NCBI GenBank assembly: GCA_023920165.1
Contig: CP089276.1
Span: forward strand, 3,472,001 to 3,536,000
DNA length: 64,000 nucleotides
Source: Curvularia clavata
Lineage: Eukaryota
Reading direction: 5' to 3'
Below, piece by piece: positions 1 through 11,889 of the stretch (the stretch's first letter is position 1; the number at the start of each line of letters is the position of its first letter). A model generated the notes under the pieces. That model had not been told where the DNA came from. It saw only the letters and a list, made by a program, of their open reading frames with translations, and did not search any database. A program made the translations under genes and the position numbers.

Positions 1-643
1 ACTCAATTCGATGGTCTTTCGCCAATAGTACAGATAGTAAATACATTTGAACAACACTGATACACAATCGCCAGTGCTCTTTCCAATGTTCTTGTCCATT
101 CAGTTCCTGTCTCGTAAAGAAATCCGAAATTCATCCCGTAATCCGTGGAAATATCATCAACGTTATTCATCCCAGACAAAACAGAAATTTGGTGCGATGG
201 CGATGGTGACATAATGCCTTGAACCCGCAATTATTCTTGGCCTAGTTCCAATTGGTGAGCTATCATCATCGAAGGACCATTTGTAGCCAAACTTGGCACC
301 GACAATTTCGCATAATCAGCAGTCTGATAGGGTTAAGAGCATAGTCGAAAAGACAAAGAGTAATTCTTACAGAGGGAGGTTTGGACGCACCTAGACATGA
401 TGTTTCCCATATAAACCCTCTTTCTCAATCCTCTCTTTCTCGGTTCTCTCCTTTTTGCCAAATTTCAGTGAGTACACAGCGAGAGAGTGCTTCAACGGCG
501 GGACTCTCCTGGCAATCACAGCATCTCGTAAGTCTCATCTCATCTCACATTATGCTATCTTAGCTTGGCTTGAAAAACACTTTCATTACTACTTCTGTAC
601 GTAATAGATCTTTCTATTAACTTGGGATAAAAGCCTTGCAATC

Positions 644-2860
644 ATGTACATCATCCTGGGTGCGATTTTCGCACTCTTCCTGAGCTTCGCCCAAGCGAAG
701 CATGCATGGATCCGCGCTTATTACTTCTCGTCTGGCGACTGCAGTGGACCGCCCATCATGGGCAACGTAGATGTCCCGAGAGATGTCTGCGAAAGCCTAA
801 TATTTGGCGGTTCATCCATGAGGCTTACAGAGACTACCCTGGGAGACTGGACCCGAGAAATCAACGCTGGTGCTACTGGCTGCTACTTATATGCTTTCAC
901 CCAGTTAGGTTGCTATGAGAGGTATCTCGACCTCATTCTTGACCCGGCCGATGTCATGAACTTGTGTATTCCATCGAGAGATGCAAACGACCCCTTTTTC
1001 TCCCTATCGTTTACGTGCATCTATGGCGAGCCGCCCCGCCGCCGTCGGACATTGCCAGCAGCAGCGAACAGGACGACTAATGAGTTGAACATGACCAACC
1101 CCGATGTCGCGAGCGCTTACCTCCGTGGGAGAGCTCTCGTTGATGAACTTCGCAAATTCAACGGCACAACGAGGTTCAACAATAGCATTGCGTCTGGCCC
1201 TGCTCAGAATAGTTACAATGCCACCTCAATCACAATCAATTCCGGTAACAGCAGCATGGATGGCCCTGTTCAGAATATCAGTATCAGGTCTGTCAACCAT
1301 CAGGGGCCGGCTTTTATCAGCAGAGAACGCAATGCCAACTTGACACGCAAGGCCAACCACAGCAGTCCCGTCAGTGCCAGGTCCGTCAATTTCCACGGGC
1401 CAGCTTTAATCAACGGGAAGCCCAACTCCAACTATAGTCACAAGTTGACCGCTAGAGAGTCGGACGATGAGCCAAGCATTGCTAGTGGAATACTATACCT
1501 CAACTCTACGCACAATATCAACAACAGCAGGTCGGAAAGCCCTGTTGAGCCCATTGGTGCCCGCTCCGTCAACTACCATGGATCTGCTCTCATTGATGAA
1601 GAACCCAACTTAAACTCCAGCTGCGAGTATAAGGACAGCAAGCCTGGTGACCATGTCCAACTCGGTAACAATACCAATGGACACCACGAGCTAGCCGACG
1701 TGAATAGAGTCCCAATCACCAACGTAACACGTGCCCAGATCCATTCCGCGGGCACCCAAACCATTGATGATTCGAATAGGGACGTTGATTACTCTGAAGA
1801 CGACTCTGACTGGTCTGACGATGACTTCGATGCCAACAGGAATGAGTACGAGTCGTACAGAAACTCCACTTCACTCGACAAGCGCGACTCCATCAACCTT
1901 TTTTGGGAAGGGCCTACTAGGTCTCTTTGGATGTTGCACCCCTGGACCGGTAGTATTTTGTGCTATAAATGCTTTGCCAAGGCCGCCGACGACTTCGGAA
2001 ACTTCCAGTGCCGCTGGGGCTACAAAATCGCATACATGGGCGACTGCGGCGACAAGCCCCTAGCCCCTATCTACACCTCAACAATTACCGTACAGCCCGT
2101 TGTCACTGTGACCCCGCTACCAGGACAGCAATCGATCCAAAAGCGCTCGTGGCACATGCCCGTCCTCTTGTCAAACCCCTGGTACCCTGGCATCACCGTA
2201 TGCGCCCTTGCCGAATGGGAGGGCAGGAACAAGCGATGGAAGCAGTCGGTTAAGATTGAGGAAGTACACAAGAAGTTGTACAAGTGTGATAAGTCACCCA
2301 TTGCTCAGAACATTATGGTCTGGGCCCGTACAGAGACTTATACAGCGCCTGTCAAGACTGTCACCGCGACAGCCCAGCAGCTGGCCCAGACTATTATTAA
2401 GACTGTAATCATCACTCCAGAGGTAGCGCCTACCTGGTTCGAGTCTATTCTTGTGCCGACTCCATCAGTAGTACCTTCGAAGTCCACTCCTTCGGCCTCC
2501 GTATCTATACTAAGGGCATCGGACTTCAGGGATGTGACAACTGTGTTAGCCGCCGTAGCTGTACCGACTACCTCTGTTGGCACCGTTTCCCCGCCAATCG
2601 AACCTACGCCAGTCTCCAGTCTGCCCGTGATTTCGCACGTCGGGCCTGCGGGCTCTTTTACTAGCGCAAGTATTGGTTTCCGTCCCCCTGACAAGACTAC
2701 ATCAACAACTAGGGATTACTTTACTAGCACAACTGTTGGTGTCCGTCCCACTGACGTGACTGAGGCTACGCCTCAGCTTCAGCCGCGGCATAAGTACCTT
2801 GGTCCGACAGTCGGAGGCTTCAGCACGGTCATTATTTCCCGCAGCCGTGATACCCCTTGA
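644..2860 (+). CDS. Secreted multi-module protein (738 aa): signal peptide, Cys-rich N-domain, Asn-rich repeats, two KR-preceded Cys/Trp modules, S/T/P-rich tail
   Basis: Uninterrupted ORF with ATG in a good context (caatcATG). Hydrophobic N-terminus MYIILGAIFALFLSFAQA. RRRR, LDKR and IQKR basic sites and many N-x-S/T sequons. No family recognised. Confidence 0.8.
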   Translation: MYIILGAIFALFLSFAQAKHAWIRAYYFSSGDCSGPPIMGNVDVPRDVCESLIFGGSSMRLTETTLGDWTREINAGATGCYLYAFTQLGCYERYLDLILDPADVMNLCIPSRDANDPFFSLSFTCIYGEPPRRRRTLPAAANRTTNELNMTNPDVASAYLRGRALVDELRKFNGTTRFNNSIASGPAQNSYNATSITINSGNSSMDGPVQNISIRSVNHQGPAFISRERNANLTRKANHSSPVSARSVNFHGPALINGKPNSNYSHKLTARESDDEPSIASGILYLNSTHNINNSRSESPVEPIGARSVNYHGSALIDEEPNLNSSCEYKDSKPGDHVQLGNNTNGHHELADVNRVPITNVTRAQIHSAGTQTIDDSNRDVDYSEDDSDWSDDDFDANRNEYESYRNSTSLDKRDSINLFWEGPTRSLWMLHPWTGSILCYKCFAKAADDFGNFQCRWGYKIAYMGDCGDKPLAPIYTSTITVQPVVTVTPLPGQQSIQKRSWHMPVLLSNPWYPGITVCALAEWEGRNKRWKQSVKIEEVHKKLYKCDKSPIAQNIMVWARTETYTAPVKTVTATAQQLAQTIIKTVIITPEVAPTWFESILVPTPSVVPSKSTPSASVSILRASDFRDVTTVLAAVAVPTTSVGTVSPPIEPTPVSSLPVISHVGPAGSFTSASIGFRPPDKTTSTTRDYFTSTTVGVRPTDVTEATPQLQPRHKYLGPTVGGFSTVIISRSRDTP

Positions 2861-3010
2861 ATGTGAGGTGAAGGAAATGATTCGAACACAATAGCGCGGA
2901 ATGGGCGTATATTTGGGTAGCTAATATGTAACTGTTCGCTTTTGGTTCTTGTAGAGTAGTACGGGTAGTGATCGTGGGTGTTGTTGTCCATAGATTAATG
3001 CATTCATTTT

Positions 3011-4096
3011 TTATTTTTCTCCTCGTGCTTTGTTCCTTTCTCGCCGCCTCTCCCTTTCCGCCTTTCGCGCCTGATTGAAGCTGGGCGCAGCACCTTCTTC
3101 GACCAATTTTGCCTTCTCTAAACTCGTCTCGTCGATGTTGTCGAGCAGGAAACGGCCCATGTTACCACTCCTCCACTTTTGTATCATCCACAATGATGTC
3201 GCTTCGGTGTCTACAGACCCGCCTTTTCCTAGTCTTCCAGTCTTCTTGGCAATTTCAGAAAGAAGCTCAATGATTTCGTTGGTAGGCGGTGCATATTCAG
3301 AGTACAGCGTAGGCGATTGGAGATTGAGATGGTAGAGGAGATAGTCTGCGAGCATGACAGGCGGGATGATGGTGTCTTTTACAGAGCCACACAGGGCTAG
3401 TTTCATCATTGCCTCTGCGTCTGGCACATACGGAATGAACACTCCAGGTGTGTCGAGAAGATAGACACCTCCACCAACCCCTTGGAGTTTCTTTCTGGCT
3501 CCAACGTCGGCTGACTCCATGTCGTCCTCGCTCGGGATGATCTTGACGCCGCTACTGCTGACTTTTCGCGTAACACCAGGCTGAGCACCAGTAGCAGCGA
3601 CCTTGCCTTTACCAATGCCTTGGGCACGCAGAGCATTAAGAAGCGTGGATTTACCAACATTAGGCATGCCCACAACCATAACCCGATGGCCGACTAGCTT
3701 CCATCTCTTTTGCGCATGCTCTCTCAAGACATCTAATAGTTTCGTCACACTCTTTCGACCACTGGCCTCTCCTTCTGCATCTTTACCGTTCCTCACGAAC
3801 ATAGTCGTAGTCGGATGGTGCCATTTGGCAATGATTTGCTCATTTCGATTGTCGCGTGAGCCACCACCCAGGTCCCTTTTCGTGTAAACAATGATCCGCT
3901 CTTTACCCTCTAAAGCGCTTTCAAAGAGCGGATTGCGCGAGGTCAGTGGTACACGGTAGTCGCGGCACTCTATAACTAGATCGAGAGTGGCAAGCAAAGA
4001 TTTCATCTTTTGCAGCCCGGACTTGTGGTGGCCCAGAAAGTAGGACCTTGGCAGCGATGGGATCGGCGGGAATGCATGGCGAGGGATGAAGGACAT
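3011..4096 (-). CDS. MTG1: Mitochondrial GTPase 1 (RbgA/YlqF-type circularly permuted GTPase)
   Basis: G4 TKRD precedes G1 GMPNVGKS, G2 PGVT and G3 DTPG. N-terminal YFLGHH and DLVIECRDYRVPLTSRNP motifs. Confidence 0.93.
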   Translation of the reverse strand: MSFIPRHAFPPIPSLPRSYFLGHHKSGLQKMKSLLATLDLVIECRDYRVPLTSRNPLFESALEGKERIIVYTKRDLGGGSRDNRNEQIIAKWHHPTTTMFVRNGKDAEGEASGRKSVTKLLDVLREHAQKRWKLVGHRVMVVGMPNVGKSTLLNALRAQGIGKGKVAATGAQPGVTRKVSSSGVKIIPSEDDMESADVGARKKLQGVGGGVYLLDTPGVFIPYVPDAEAMMKLALCGSVKDTIIPPVMLADYLLYHLNLQSPTLYSEYAPPTNEIIELLSEIAKKTGRLGKGGSVDTEATSLWMIQKWRSGNMGRFLLDNIDETSLEKAKLVEEGAAPSFNQARKAERERRRERNKARGEK

Positions 4097-4914
4097 TGGT
4101 CACATTTGCGGAAGGATAGAGGACGTTCGGGTGTTGGGTGAGGATGGAATTCTTCGTGCTGCGAGTCAAATCCGCCAAGCAACGGGGTGCGTCTGACTCA
4201 ATGGCTTCAGGACTACCAACATTCAGCCAGTTTGCTACTTAAATATATTCGTGTGTACTTGGATAAATTGAAAGGGTTGAAGTTTCCAATGTAAGGGGAT
4301 ATTAGACTTTAAATAGTATAATAGGGCTACTGCGCTCAGAAATTCGCCTGGAATCATTACCCACCACGACGAGATGAAGATTCGTTTTAAGATGCCTGCG
4401 CCCTTACAGTCCTCTGATGCTCATAGCCTTTTAGTAAGATATCAAACATGATTTCAGTCTCTATAAAATTCCTGAGCTACGCACTTGCGCTTTGTGATTG
4501 CAGACATGAATTTGTTGGTTCCTAAACTTTCGTTGGGATCTCCTCAGGTGAACCTTATCTTTTTCCGAGCCGCCAGTTTCAAGCCAGTTTTTTCGTGTAC
4601 AACAATCCCTGGTCATTTTAATCGAGGATGATGCTAATTCCCCGAGTACTGACAGCAATGCCCCGAAGGCCCTAATGCAAGCCTTCTCCGCATATGCAGG
4701 CCACGCACGGGCCACCCATGTACGCCAAGACACTATAGCGTGACGCGCCCGAATCTCGCTGAACAGTGACGTTTGAGCCAGCCTAATCGTGATTCCATCC
4801 TTTCTTTCCCCACGCATCTTTTTTACGGGGCCAGGTTTCCATTTGCTTTCAATCCCTTATGCGACCACTATTCTGTTAATTTATCCGCCATTGAATGGAG
4901 TGATTTGATCGATA

Positions 4915-6945
4915 ATGGCCGACTACAACAAACAAACGGTCGCGCAGCTGCGACAGATATTGAAAGATCGGGGCATACCAAGTACAGGCCTGACACGGAA
5001 GGCACAAATCATCGAAAAACTTGAGGAGGCAGACGGCGCTTCTGAATCACCTATTGCGCCGCTCAATACAGACTCAAAAGCTGAAGAGCAAGTAGAGGAG
5101 AACCAAACTGCTTCTGAAGCTGGAGTCCCTGAAGTCGCGCTGGCAGAAGCTGAAGGTATCTACACGCCCGATACCGGCGCACAATTCATTGCTTACCTGA
5201 CTGCAGAAACTCAAGCGCCACCCGAGCCCGAAGCTCAGGTCGAGCCCGTACCTGCTGCGACAACGGATTCCTTACCAGAGACAATATCACACATAGACAG
5301 CGATGTTCCGCCGCCGGATCGGACTCAAGCAATCGAGCAGCCGGCAGAACCAGTCACTAAAGATGATGAGCCGGGTTCAATACAGCCGGCAGGAATCTTC
5401 AATCCGCCGCCTGCAGATCCCGATGAGGTGGTGGGCCCAAAGGTTACTGAGCCTGCGGATGCAGAGGTTGAGGGCGAGAAGAACGAAGAAACTGAAAGAG
5501 GTCAACTCCCGGAAGCTCCCGGACCGGCTGCTGAAGCCTTACGATTGGCACACCATGGCTCCGAGGCACCCAGAGATTCGGAGGATATCACAATGGACGA
5601 GAAACCACCTTCAGTCACGTCCAATGAACAAGAATCAGTGGAAAGGCCGGATCTTGCCACTGGGCCTGAGAACTCACTAGACGAGACATCCCGGCTCAAC
5701 ACCGAAGAACTCGAGGCTGACTCCAAGAAACGAAAAAGGCGCAGCGACACACCGGAAATGGATGCTGAGGAAATCAGGGCAAAAAAGCATAGACAAGGCC
5801 AAGACCCCGCGCCTGAGGTACACCTGAAAGAAGATGGAGATGTGGTCATGGAGCAAAGGTCGGAAGAGGAGGAAGTGGCAGATGTCCAGCGCGATCAAAC
5901 AAACGGTAAACACGATCCGCCAGTAGCAACAGATCCTCCAGCGACTGAAGCTGAGACTAAACGTGAACGGAAAGAGAAGGCAGCCCGATACAAAGACTTG
6001 GTAAAGTCTAGCGACAACGAAATTCTGCCGGAGGCCTTGACTGACGATAGACCAACGGTACCCGCAATCCACCCAGTAACGTCGGCTCTGTATATTCGTA
6101 ACTTTATGCGCCCATTACGTCCGGAACCTTTGCGCGCACACTTGGTGTCCATCGCCTCTCCGCCTTCTAGCTCACCTGACCCTAACATCGTCAAAACTCT
6201 CTTCTTAGACTCCATGAAGACACATGCCCTTGTTCTGTTCAGTACAAAAACTGCCGCTTCACGAGTACGAGCATCTCTGCATGGCTCGATATGGCCACCC
6301 GAGGGAATGAGAAAAGAACTGTGGGTGGATTTTATTCCCGAAGAAAGCGTTGAAAGCTGGATCAAGGAAGAGGAAGATGCAGTAGCTGCGGAGAAAGAAG
6401 CTCGTGCCAGTGGAAGACCTATCAACCCGAAACGATTCGAGGTTGTATATCCTGAGTCCAGCGACGGCACAGTCACGGCAGTGTTCCAGGAAGTCGGCTC
6501 AAGCGCTCCCTCAAATGCCCCAAGAGGCCCACGTGGAAGTGATAATATGCGGCGTCCATCTCTCCAGCAGCAACACTCTGCACCAACGGATAATTCCCGT
6601 CAAAATACTGAGGCCTCTTTCAAAACGCTTCATGAACTCTTTGAATCGACACAAGCAAAGCCACAGTTGTTTTACCTCCCCGTCTCGGATGAGATATCAG
6701 AAATGAGGTTGAAAGAACTCGATGCTGAGACAAGCCGAGACTGGACACCAGGTGAGATCAGGAAGGGAAGGGGCATTAAGACTGAGATGAAGTACAAGTA
6801 CAGCTTCGACGACGATGACCGCATCGTAGAGGTTGGCGAGGATCGCGGCCCATGGAGCGAAGGGTACCGAGGTGGCAGAGGAGGATTCCGAGGACGAAGA
6901 GGAGGCGGATTTCGCAGCAGAGGAGGCGATTTGTGGAGAGGGTGA
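4915..6945 (+). CDS. Acinus-like SAP-domain/RRM protein; probable in-frame intron 5156-5206
   Basis: N-terminal SAP domain (TVAQLRQILKDRGIPSTGLTRKAQIIEKL), RRM-like region (ALYIRNFMRP...LHGSIWPP...LWVDF), RSB-like motif (LHELFESTQAKPQLFYLP), RGG tail. Confidence 0.85.
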   Translation: MADYNKQTVAQLRQILKDRGIPSTGLTRKAQIIEKLEEADGASESPIAPLNTDSKAEEQVEENQTASEAGVPEVALAEAEGIYTPDTGAQFIAYLTAETQAPPEPEAQVEPVPAATTDSLPETISHIDSDVPPPDRTQAIEQPAEPVTKDDEPGSIQPAGIFNPPPADPDEVVGPKVTEPADAEVEGEKNEETERGQLPEAPGPAAEALRLAHHGSEAPRDSEDITMDEKPPSVTSNEQESVERPDLATGPENSLDETSRLNTEELEADSKKRKRRSDTPEMDAEEIRAKKHRQGQDPAPEVHLKEDGDVVMEQRSEEEEVADVQRDQTNGKHDPPVATDPPATEAETKRERKEKAARYKDLVKSSDNEILPEALTDDRPTVPAIHPVTSALYIRNFMRPLRPEPLRAHLVSIASPPSSSPDPNIVKTLFLDSMKTHALVLFSTKTAASRVRASLHGSIWPPEGMRKELWVDFIPEESVESWIKEEEDAVAAEKEARASGRPINPKRFEVVYPESSDGTVTAVFQEVGSSAPSNAPRGPRGSDNMRRPSLQQQHSAPTDNSRQNTEASFKTLHELFESTQAKPQLFYLPVSDEISEMRLKELDAETSRDWTPGEIRKGRGIKTEMKYKYSFDDDDRIVEVGEDRGPWSEGYRGGRGGFRGRRGGGFRSRGGDLWRG

Positions 6946-7491
6946 ACACGTTTGGACAATGTTGTCTTGTCATCGTTGTATATTACTCTATATTCTGTTG
7001 GATATCACTGCTTCCGTCAGTTTGTCCAGATACGGATGGCAAAAAGCCTTTCAACACTGCAATGCAAAGCGATAATAATATGGATTCAGCCTCTTGTGTA
7101 GATGACTCTGATCATCAAGGGTTACAAACACAGTCCGATGGGTTTTGCCCTATCACGTGTAGAGTCCTTATGCGTCCTATAAGCGCTATTTCCACGCCAA
7201 CAACAAAGCTGGCGTCTTCCGCATGAAACCTGAAGCCGACGGCGATCCATCCCATCCTCAAGAAGTCACACGCTCCCAACGCCTTCGAACTGCTTCCCCA
7301 CACTTCGAGTCATGCTGCACCGAGCCGGACGAGGGGTGTCTCCGCAGATTCGCTCATGCGATTGCGGTTAGCTTCCGTGCGTCTTCCTAAATCGTATTTG
7401 AACAAAGGCGCCCGCATCGAGCGCGCCTACAGCTCGACACGATCTCCCCACGCATTAGCTCCCATTTACGAACCATAAAAAATTTGGAGAT

Positions 7492-9550
7492 ATGCCTTCC
7501 AAATCACGAGGGCTGAGGACCTCTACGGGCTGGTATGTTTTGTAGATGCATCTGAACCCAAGAAATAGCCCAACAGACTCTTTGTATGATACGACAAGCA
7601 TGTGCAAATAACATGATAATTTATTGCCAAAAAGAAGACATCTGTCGAGTTTACTGACCCCGGGCAGTCTGACGTGCCGTAAACGCCGGGTAAAATGCGA
7701 TGAAGGACGACCTAATTGCCAGAACTGCACGAGGGTGACTCGCGAGTGCGTGTATGCTGAGAAACAGTCTGCACCTCGACGAACAAGGCCCTTGAGTGCT
7801 CAAAACCCGGAGGAAGGATCATCTGGCACTAATGTAATGCAGCCAAACAGTGAGCCCGAGACGAGCACTTCAATACCATCGAATACAATAAGTTCAGAGC
7901 CTGTGGGCTCCGTCCAAGCGTGGATACCATTCCCCGCTGGGCAACCAGTGCTCCCGAATAACATCATACCCGATGATAGTTTCGTACTTGATGACAGTCT
8001 CTTTACTTTTGGGGATAGCTTGACACCAACTTTTGGGCCTGTTGAATGGTAATATTAGTCTACCTACAAGACACATAAAGACACTAATAATCAATAGGTA
8101 TGACCTTCTTGCAGAAGACGCTATCAGCAGTATGCAGGATCAACCTCAAAATAGTCGCTGGGATTTTGATATCGCCAGCCTATCGAGAAGGCAGTCTCCT
8201 CGGCAATCGGTTGCCTTAGAAGCTGGAGACAGTCTTTTCAACAACGTCAATGTCCAGTCAATGACAATTCCGATACAGCCGTGGAATACAGAGACGAAGA
8301 TTGAGCTCAAAAAAGAAGAGCTGACATATTTCGAACACTTTGTAACTGTGGTAGCACCTATACTGGATCTGTTTGATCCTGAAAAACACTTTGCCAACGT
8401 GGTACCGCATCTCGCCCTACGCAATGTGGGGTTACTCAAGTCGATCTTAGCAGTTGGTGCATGTCATCTGGCTCTATATCAAGACCAGAAGATTACTGGC
8501 GAGGTTGATACTGATATACAACTGGGTACACCTGCATCGGGTTCTAACAAGTCAGCAACCACACGAAGAGTCGCCGAGCAATTTTACTACGAGACTTTAC
8601 ATTACATATCACAAAACCTCATGTATCAGTCTTACACAAGCTCACATGAAATCCTGACAACGGGTATCATGATCTCAACCTACGAGATGTTCGGAACGGT
8701 TGGAAATCCCGATCACAGTAATTGGGATCGTCACTTACGAGGAGCCTTTTGGATCCAGCGTAATTCAGACACGAGTGGCGAATCTAGCCATGGATTGCAA
8801 AGAGCCGTTTGGTGGGCATGGTTAAGACAAGACATATGGGCGGCATTCTGGACCGGGCGACCAGCACTGACTATTCACCAGCCCAAGACGCCAATGGCAG
8901 CACTTTCGTCAGAGGGGCTGGCGACACGCATCATATATATCGCTGCTAAATGCGTACAGTTTGCAGCAACACCTAAGCAAGACGACATTGCTGGATATAT
9001 CGAAGCCGGGGAAACTCTCCTACGAATGCTCGATGCATGGAAGCAACTTCTCCCTTCATCATTCGAGCCTATTCCTATCGCGTCTACGCCTGAAGCGAAA
9101 TCACCACCTTCTCTGCTGGCTACCAACCAAATCCAACCGATTTGGATTCATCCTCCAGCACATGCAGCTGCCATTCAGACTTACCACTTTGCACGAATAA
9201 TCGTTCTGCTCAATCAACCATCCACCGGCGGTCTCAACACATACCAAACTCGCTTCAAGCTGCTTCACGAAAGCACCTCAGTCGTGTGCGGAATCGCGAT
9301 AGCAGAGCAGTCGCAGAATATGCCGTCGGCGTTTGTAAGCTTCCAGGCTATTTACGCGGGTGAGTATACCGCAATTCTCCCATATTGAGTATGTACTGAT
9401 GCGGAACTAGCTGCATTGTGTGCTGAGACGAAAGAGCGACAAGAGGAGATTCTGAGGATTCTGAGAAAGGTCTTGGGGATAAGCAAGTTTCCGTCGCTGT
9501 CGATCTTGGATGATTTGGTTAATGTTTGGAATGGGGGTGCGAGTAGGTGA
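7492..9550 (+). CDS. Zn(II)2Cys6 transcription factor with fungal-specific TF domain; exons 7492-7532, 7668-8048, 8098-9359, 9411-9550
   Basis: Splicing restores GCLTCRKRRVKCDEGRPNCQNC...C. Three GT-AG introns have branch sites (CTGAC, CTAAT, CTGAT) and keep the frame. Confidence 0.9.
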
Positions 9551-10040
9551 GATTGTTGGAGAGTCTGGAGTATCGCGAGGCAAGAGATTTTGAAGCTTTG
9601 TTATATGATACCATATGTCAGGCTGGGACGGCTTCTTGACTACAGTAGGCTCATACATGGAGTTCTGCATGCCAAGGGTAGTAAGTATCTCTGTTAGCTT
9701 GATCATCTCGCATCGAGCACGTATCAGGCTTTGTGCAAGGCATATTTGGCCTCCCATGGCGCGGCGCAATGGGTAGAACAATCTTTCTTACCAGTATATA
9801 GGAAAATGTCAGGTTGTTGATGAAGGCTCTCCATGTAGATCGACAGGCCGTCAGCGAAGGGATTGACTTAGTCTGCTCGTAATTCGGCAAGTTTCACAGG
9901 AATGGTACACACGGCCGCAGATGCCTCTTCACGACTCACTGTCCAATATTCCTGAATACTATACGTAATGGTACAAAACTTGGTACATGTTGCATATCAT
10001 CTACATTCATCATGCCATTTGCTATGCAGGTGAAGCAACC

Positions 10041-11167
10041 TCACCGCTCAGCCAGCATGTTCTTAATAGATCTCCAGTAGCTACCATCGACCTCCTTTTT
10101 CAGCTCGTCTTTGGCGAGCCACTTGAAGTCCTGGAGACCGAACTTGTTCTCTTTCAAGTTGACTTGGCCGGCCATAATGCGCGCCTTCATGAAAAAGGTC
10201 TTCGCGCCGTACTCCTTGAGGTCTCCAACGGGTCGCGGCTCGGGATAGTTCAATTGGTGGTGACCAATAGGTACGTGGCCGACGAGCCAGGTGTTCATAT
10301 TGACACCGCCGGTGCCGGTGATGATGCGGTTGGCAGCCTAAGATATGGTTAGTATAAATTTATCTTGGCTGTAGCTGAGGTGGGGTCGTACTCCATGCAG
10401 GTGCTCGTCCTTCAATCGATCCTGCGGGAACTGCCATTGCCCCTCCTTGTTCTTCACGAGAAGATATAGCGTCCTTTGTAGCGCACGGTTCAAGCTCTTT
10501 GTATCATTCTTCTTGTCTGCCTCAGTGACTCGCGGCATTGGCCTTTCCACAGGCTCGCGCTCCACTTTCTTTGCGCCTGTAGTATCTGGCGCATCTTCTA
10601 GGCCAGATTGCTCAGCATCCTCGAGCAGCTTTGAGACTTGATGTTCGAAATCACTTTCCGGTGCGCCGACAAGCAATTCGTCGTTCCAGGCCTCTTCTCC
10701 GTAACCCTTGTAGCGTCCAATATCGCGAGCGGGGGTTAACCGTTGCTTCATCTTCCTCTTCCATTCGAGATCGGCCGGCGTTCGCTTCTTCACATAAAAG
10801 TATCGTGTAAAAGGGAGAGCGAGTCGTTCATTGAGACGTTTTTGGTAAAGGAAAAAGGCGGCTTCGAATGGGTGCAGGTCGCGTGTTATTTGAGGAGGGC
10901 GGGAAAGGACAACTCCAGCGTTTACGGCGTACGAGGTTGAAGGAGAGACTTGAGCAACTGGTGGGATATGCTGAGCAACCTGGTCCTCAGTCTGCACGGC
11001 TGCAGCGGCGGCGGATGCGTAGGTGCGGGTGATTGTGTCTCTACATGAGCGACATATCGAAGGACCTTGGTTCGTCAGCATTCCGAGTGCGTCCAATGCC
11101 AATGCCAATTACGTTGCATACCCGCTCTCGAGGCCAGACGCCTCGTCGTCTGCTGTCCGGCGTTCAT
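10041..11167 (-). CDS. MRPL17: Mitochondrial large-subunit ribosomal protein mL46 (54S L17); exons 11167-11122, 11065-10392, 10337-10041
   Basis: LSRPPQIT...FE..FFLYQKRL, PRVTEAD, SLNRALQRTLYLLV, WQFP and MNTWLVGHVP motifs. Arg-rich presequence. Canonical introns. Confidence 0.9.
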
Positions 11168-11889
11168 GTCTCCCGAAGCGCTTGGCCGAATTACGATGCT
11201 GCGGCGGCCATCTCAGATGTTGGAAAAGTTCGGGGAGCGGAAGTGCTTTGGGCCTAGCTCCGCATTACCTAAGCAGAGCGACCTGCGAATAACTTTTCTT
11301 CGAGGGCCGACCTGACTGTTTCTTCTCCACGGCACTTTTCCTTATCTCCAGCATCCTCGCACTCTCATGAGATGTTGGCCATTATTATGGTGCCCAGAAG
11401 AAGTCGAGCAGTCTAAATTCGCTAGCGGTACCCTTACAAGCTCTCCAGAGTACAGTTAGATAGTCACTGCTCACATTCTTGCATGCGCGACTACATGTCA
11501 GAAGTCTTGGCCTTGAACAGAGGACGTGAATATCTTCTCTGCAGTGTTGCGCTCTGTTTTCATATGAGCCTGCTTTTCATTCGAAGCCCTGCTGGCCACG
11601 CCTCAGACTGTTGAAGTCATAGCAGCATTTAACCATGACTGTGAAGCCCAAGTTGTCCAGATAACAAGATGTAGCCAGGTCTTCTATCTCATGGCCGTGA
11701 CACAAACAGCCCGTGATAATGCATATGCCAGCTTGCAACCATAGGGGTTTCTGTCGTGAACTGTCGGTCATTTCTTCCCCCGATCCCCAAGTCTTGGCGC
11801 CGAAATTTGGGACTTGACGCGTTCTCGCCGCGCAGAGCTTTGGGCTCAGGTAACCACCACAATCAAGATACCCCTCGCACACGGCCGAA

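Noticed and set aside
3..563. Short ORFs at the window start
   Set aside because: Non-ATG starts and no motifs; cannot be supported without flanking sequence.
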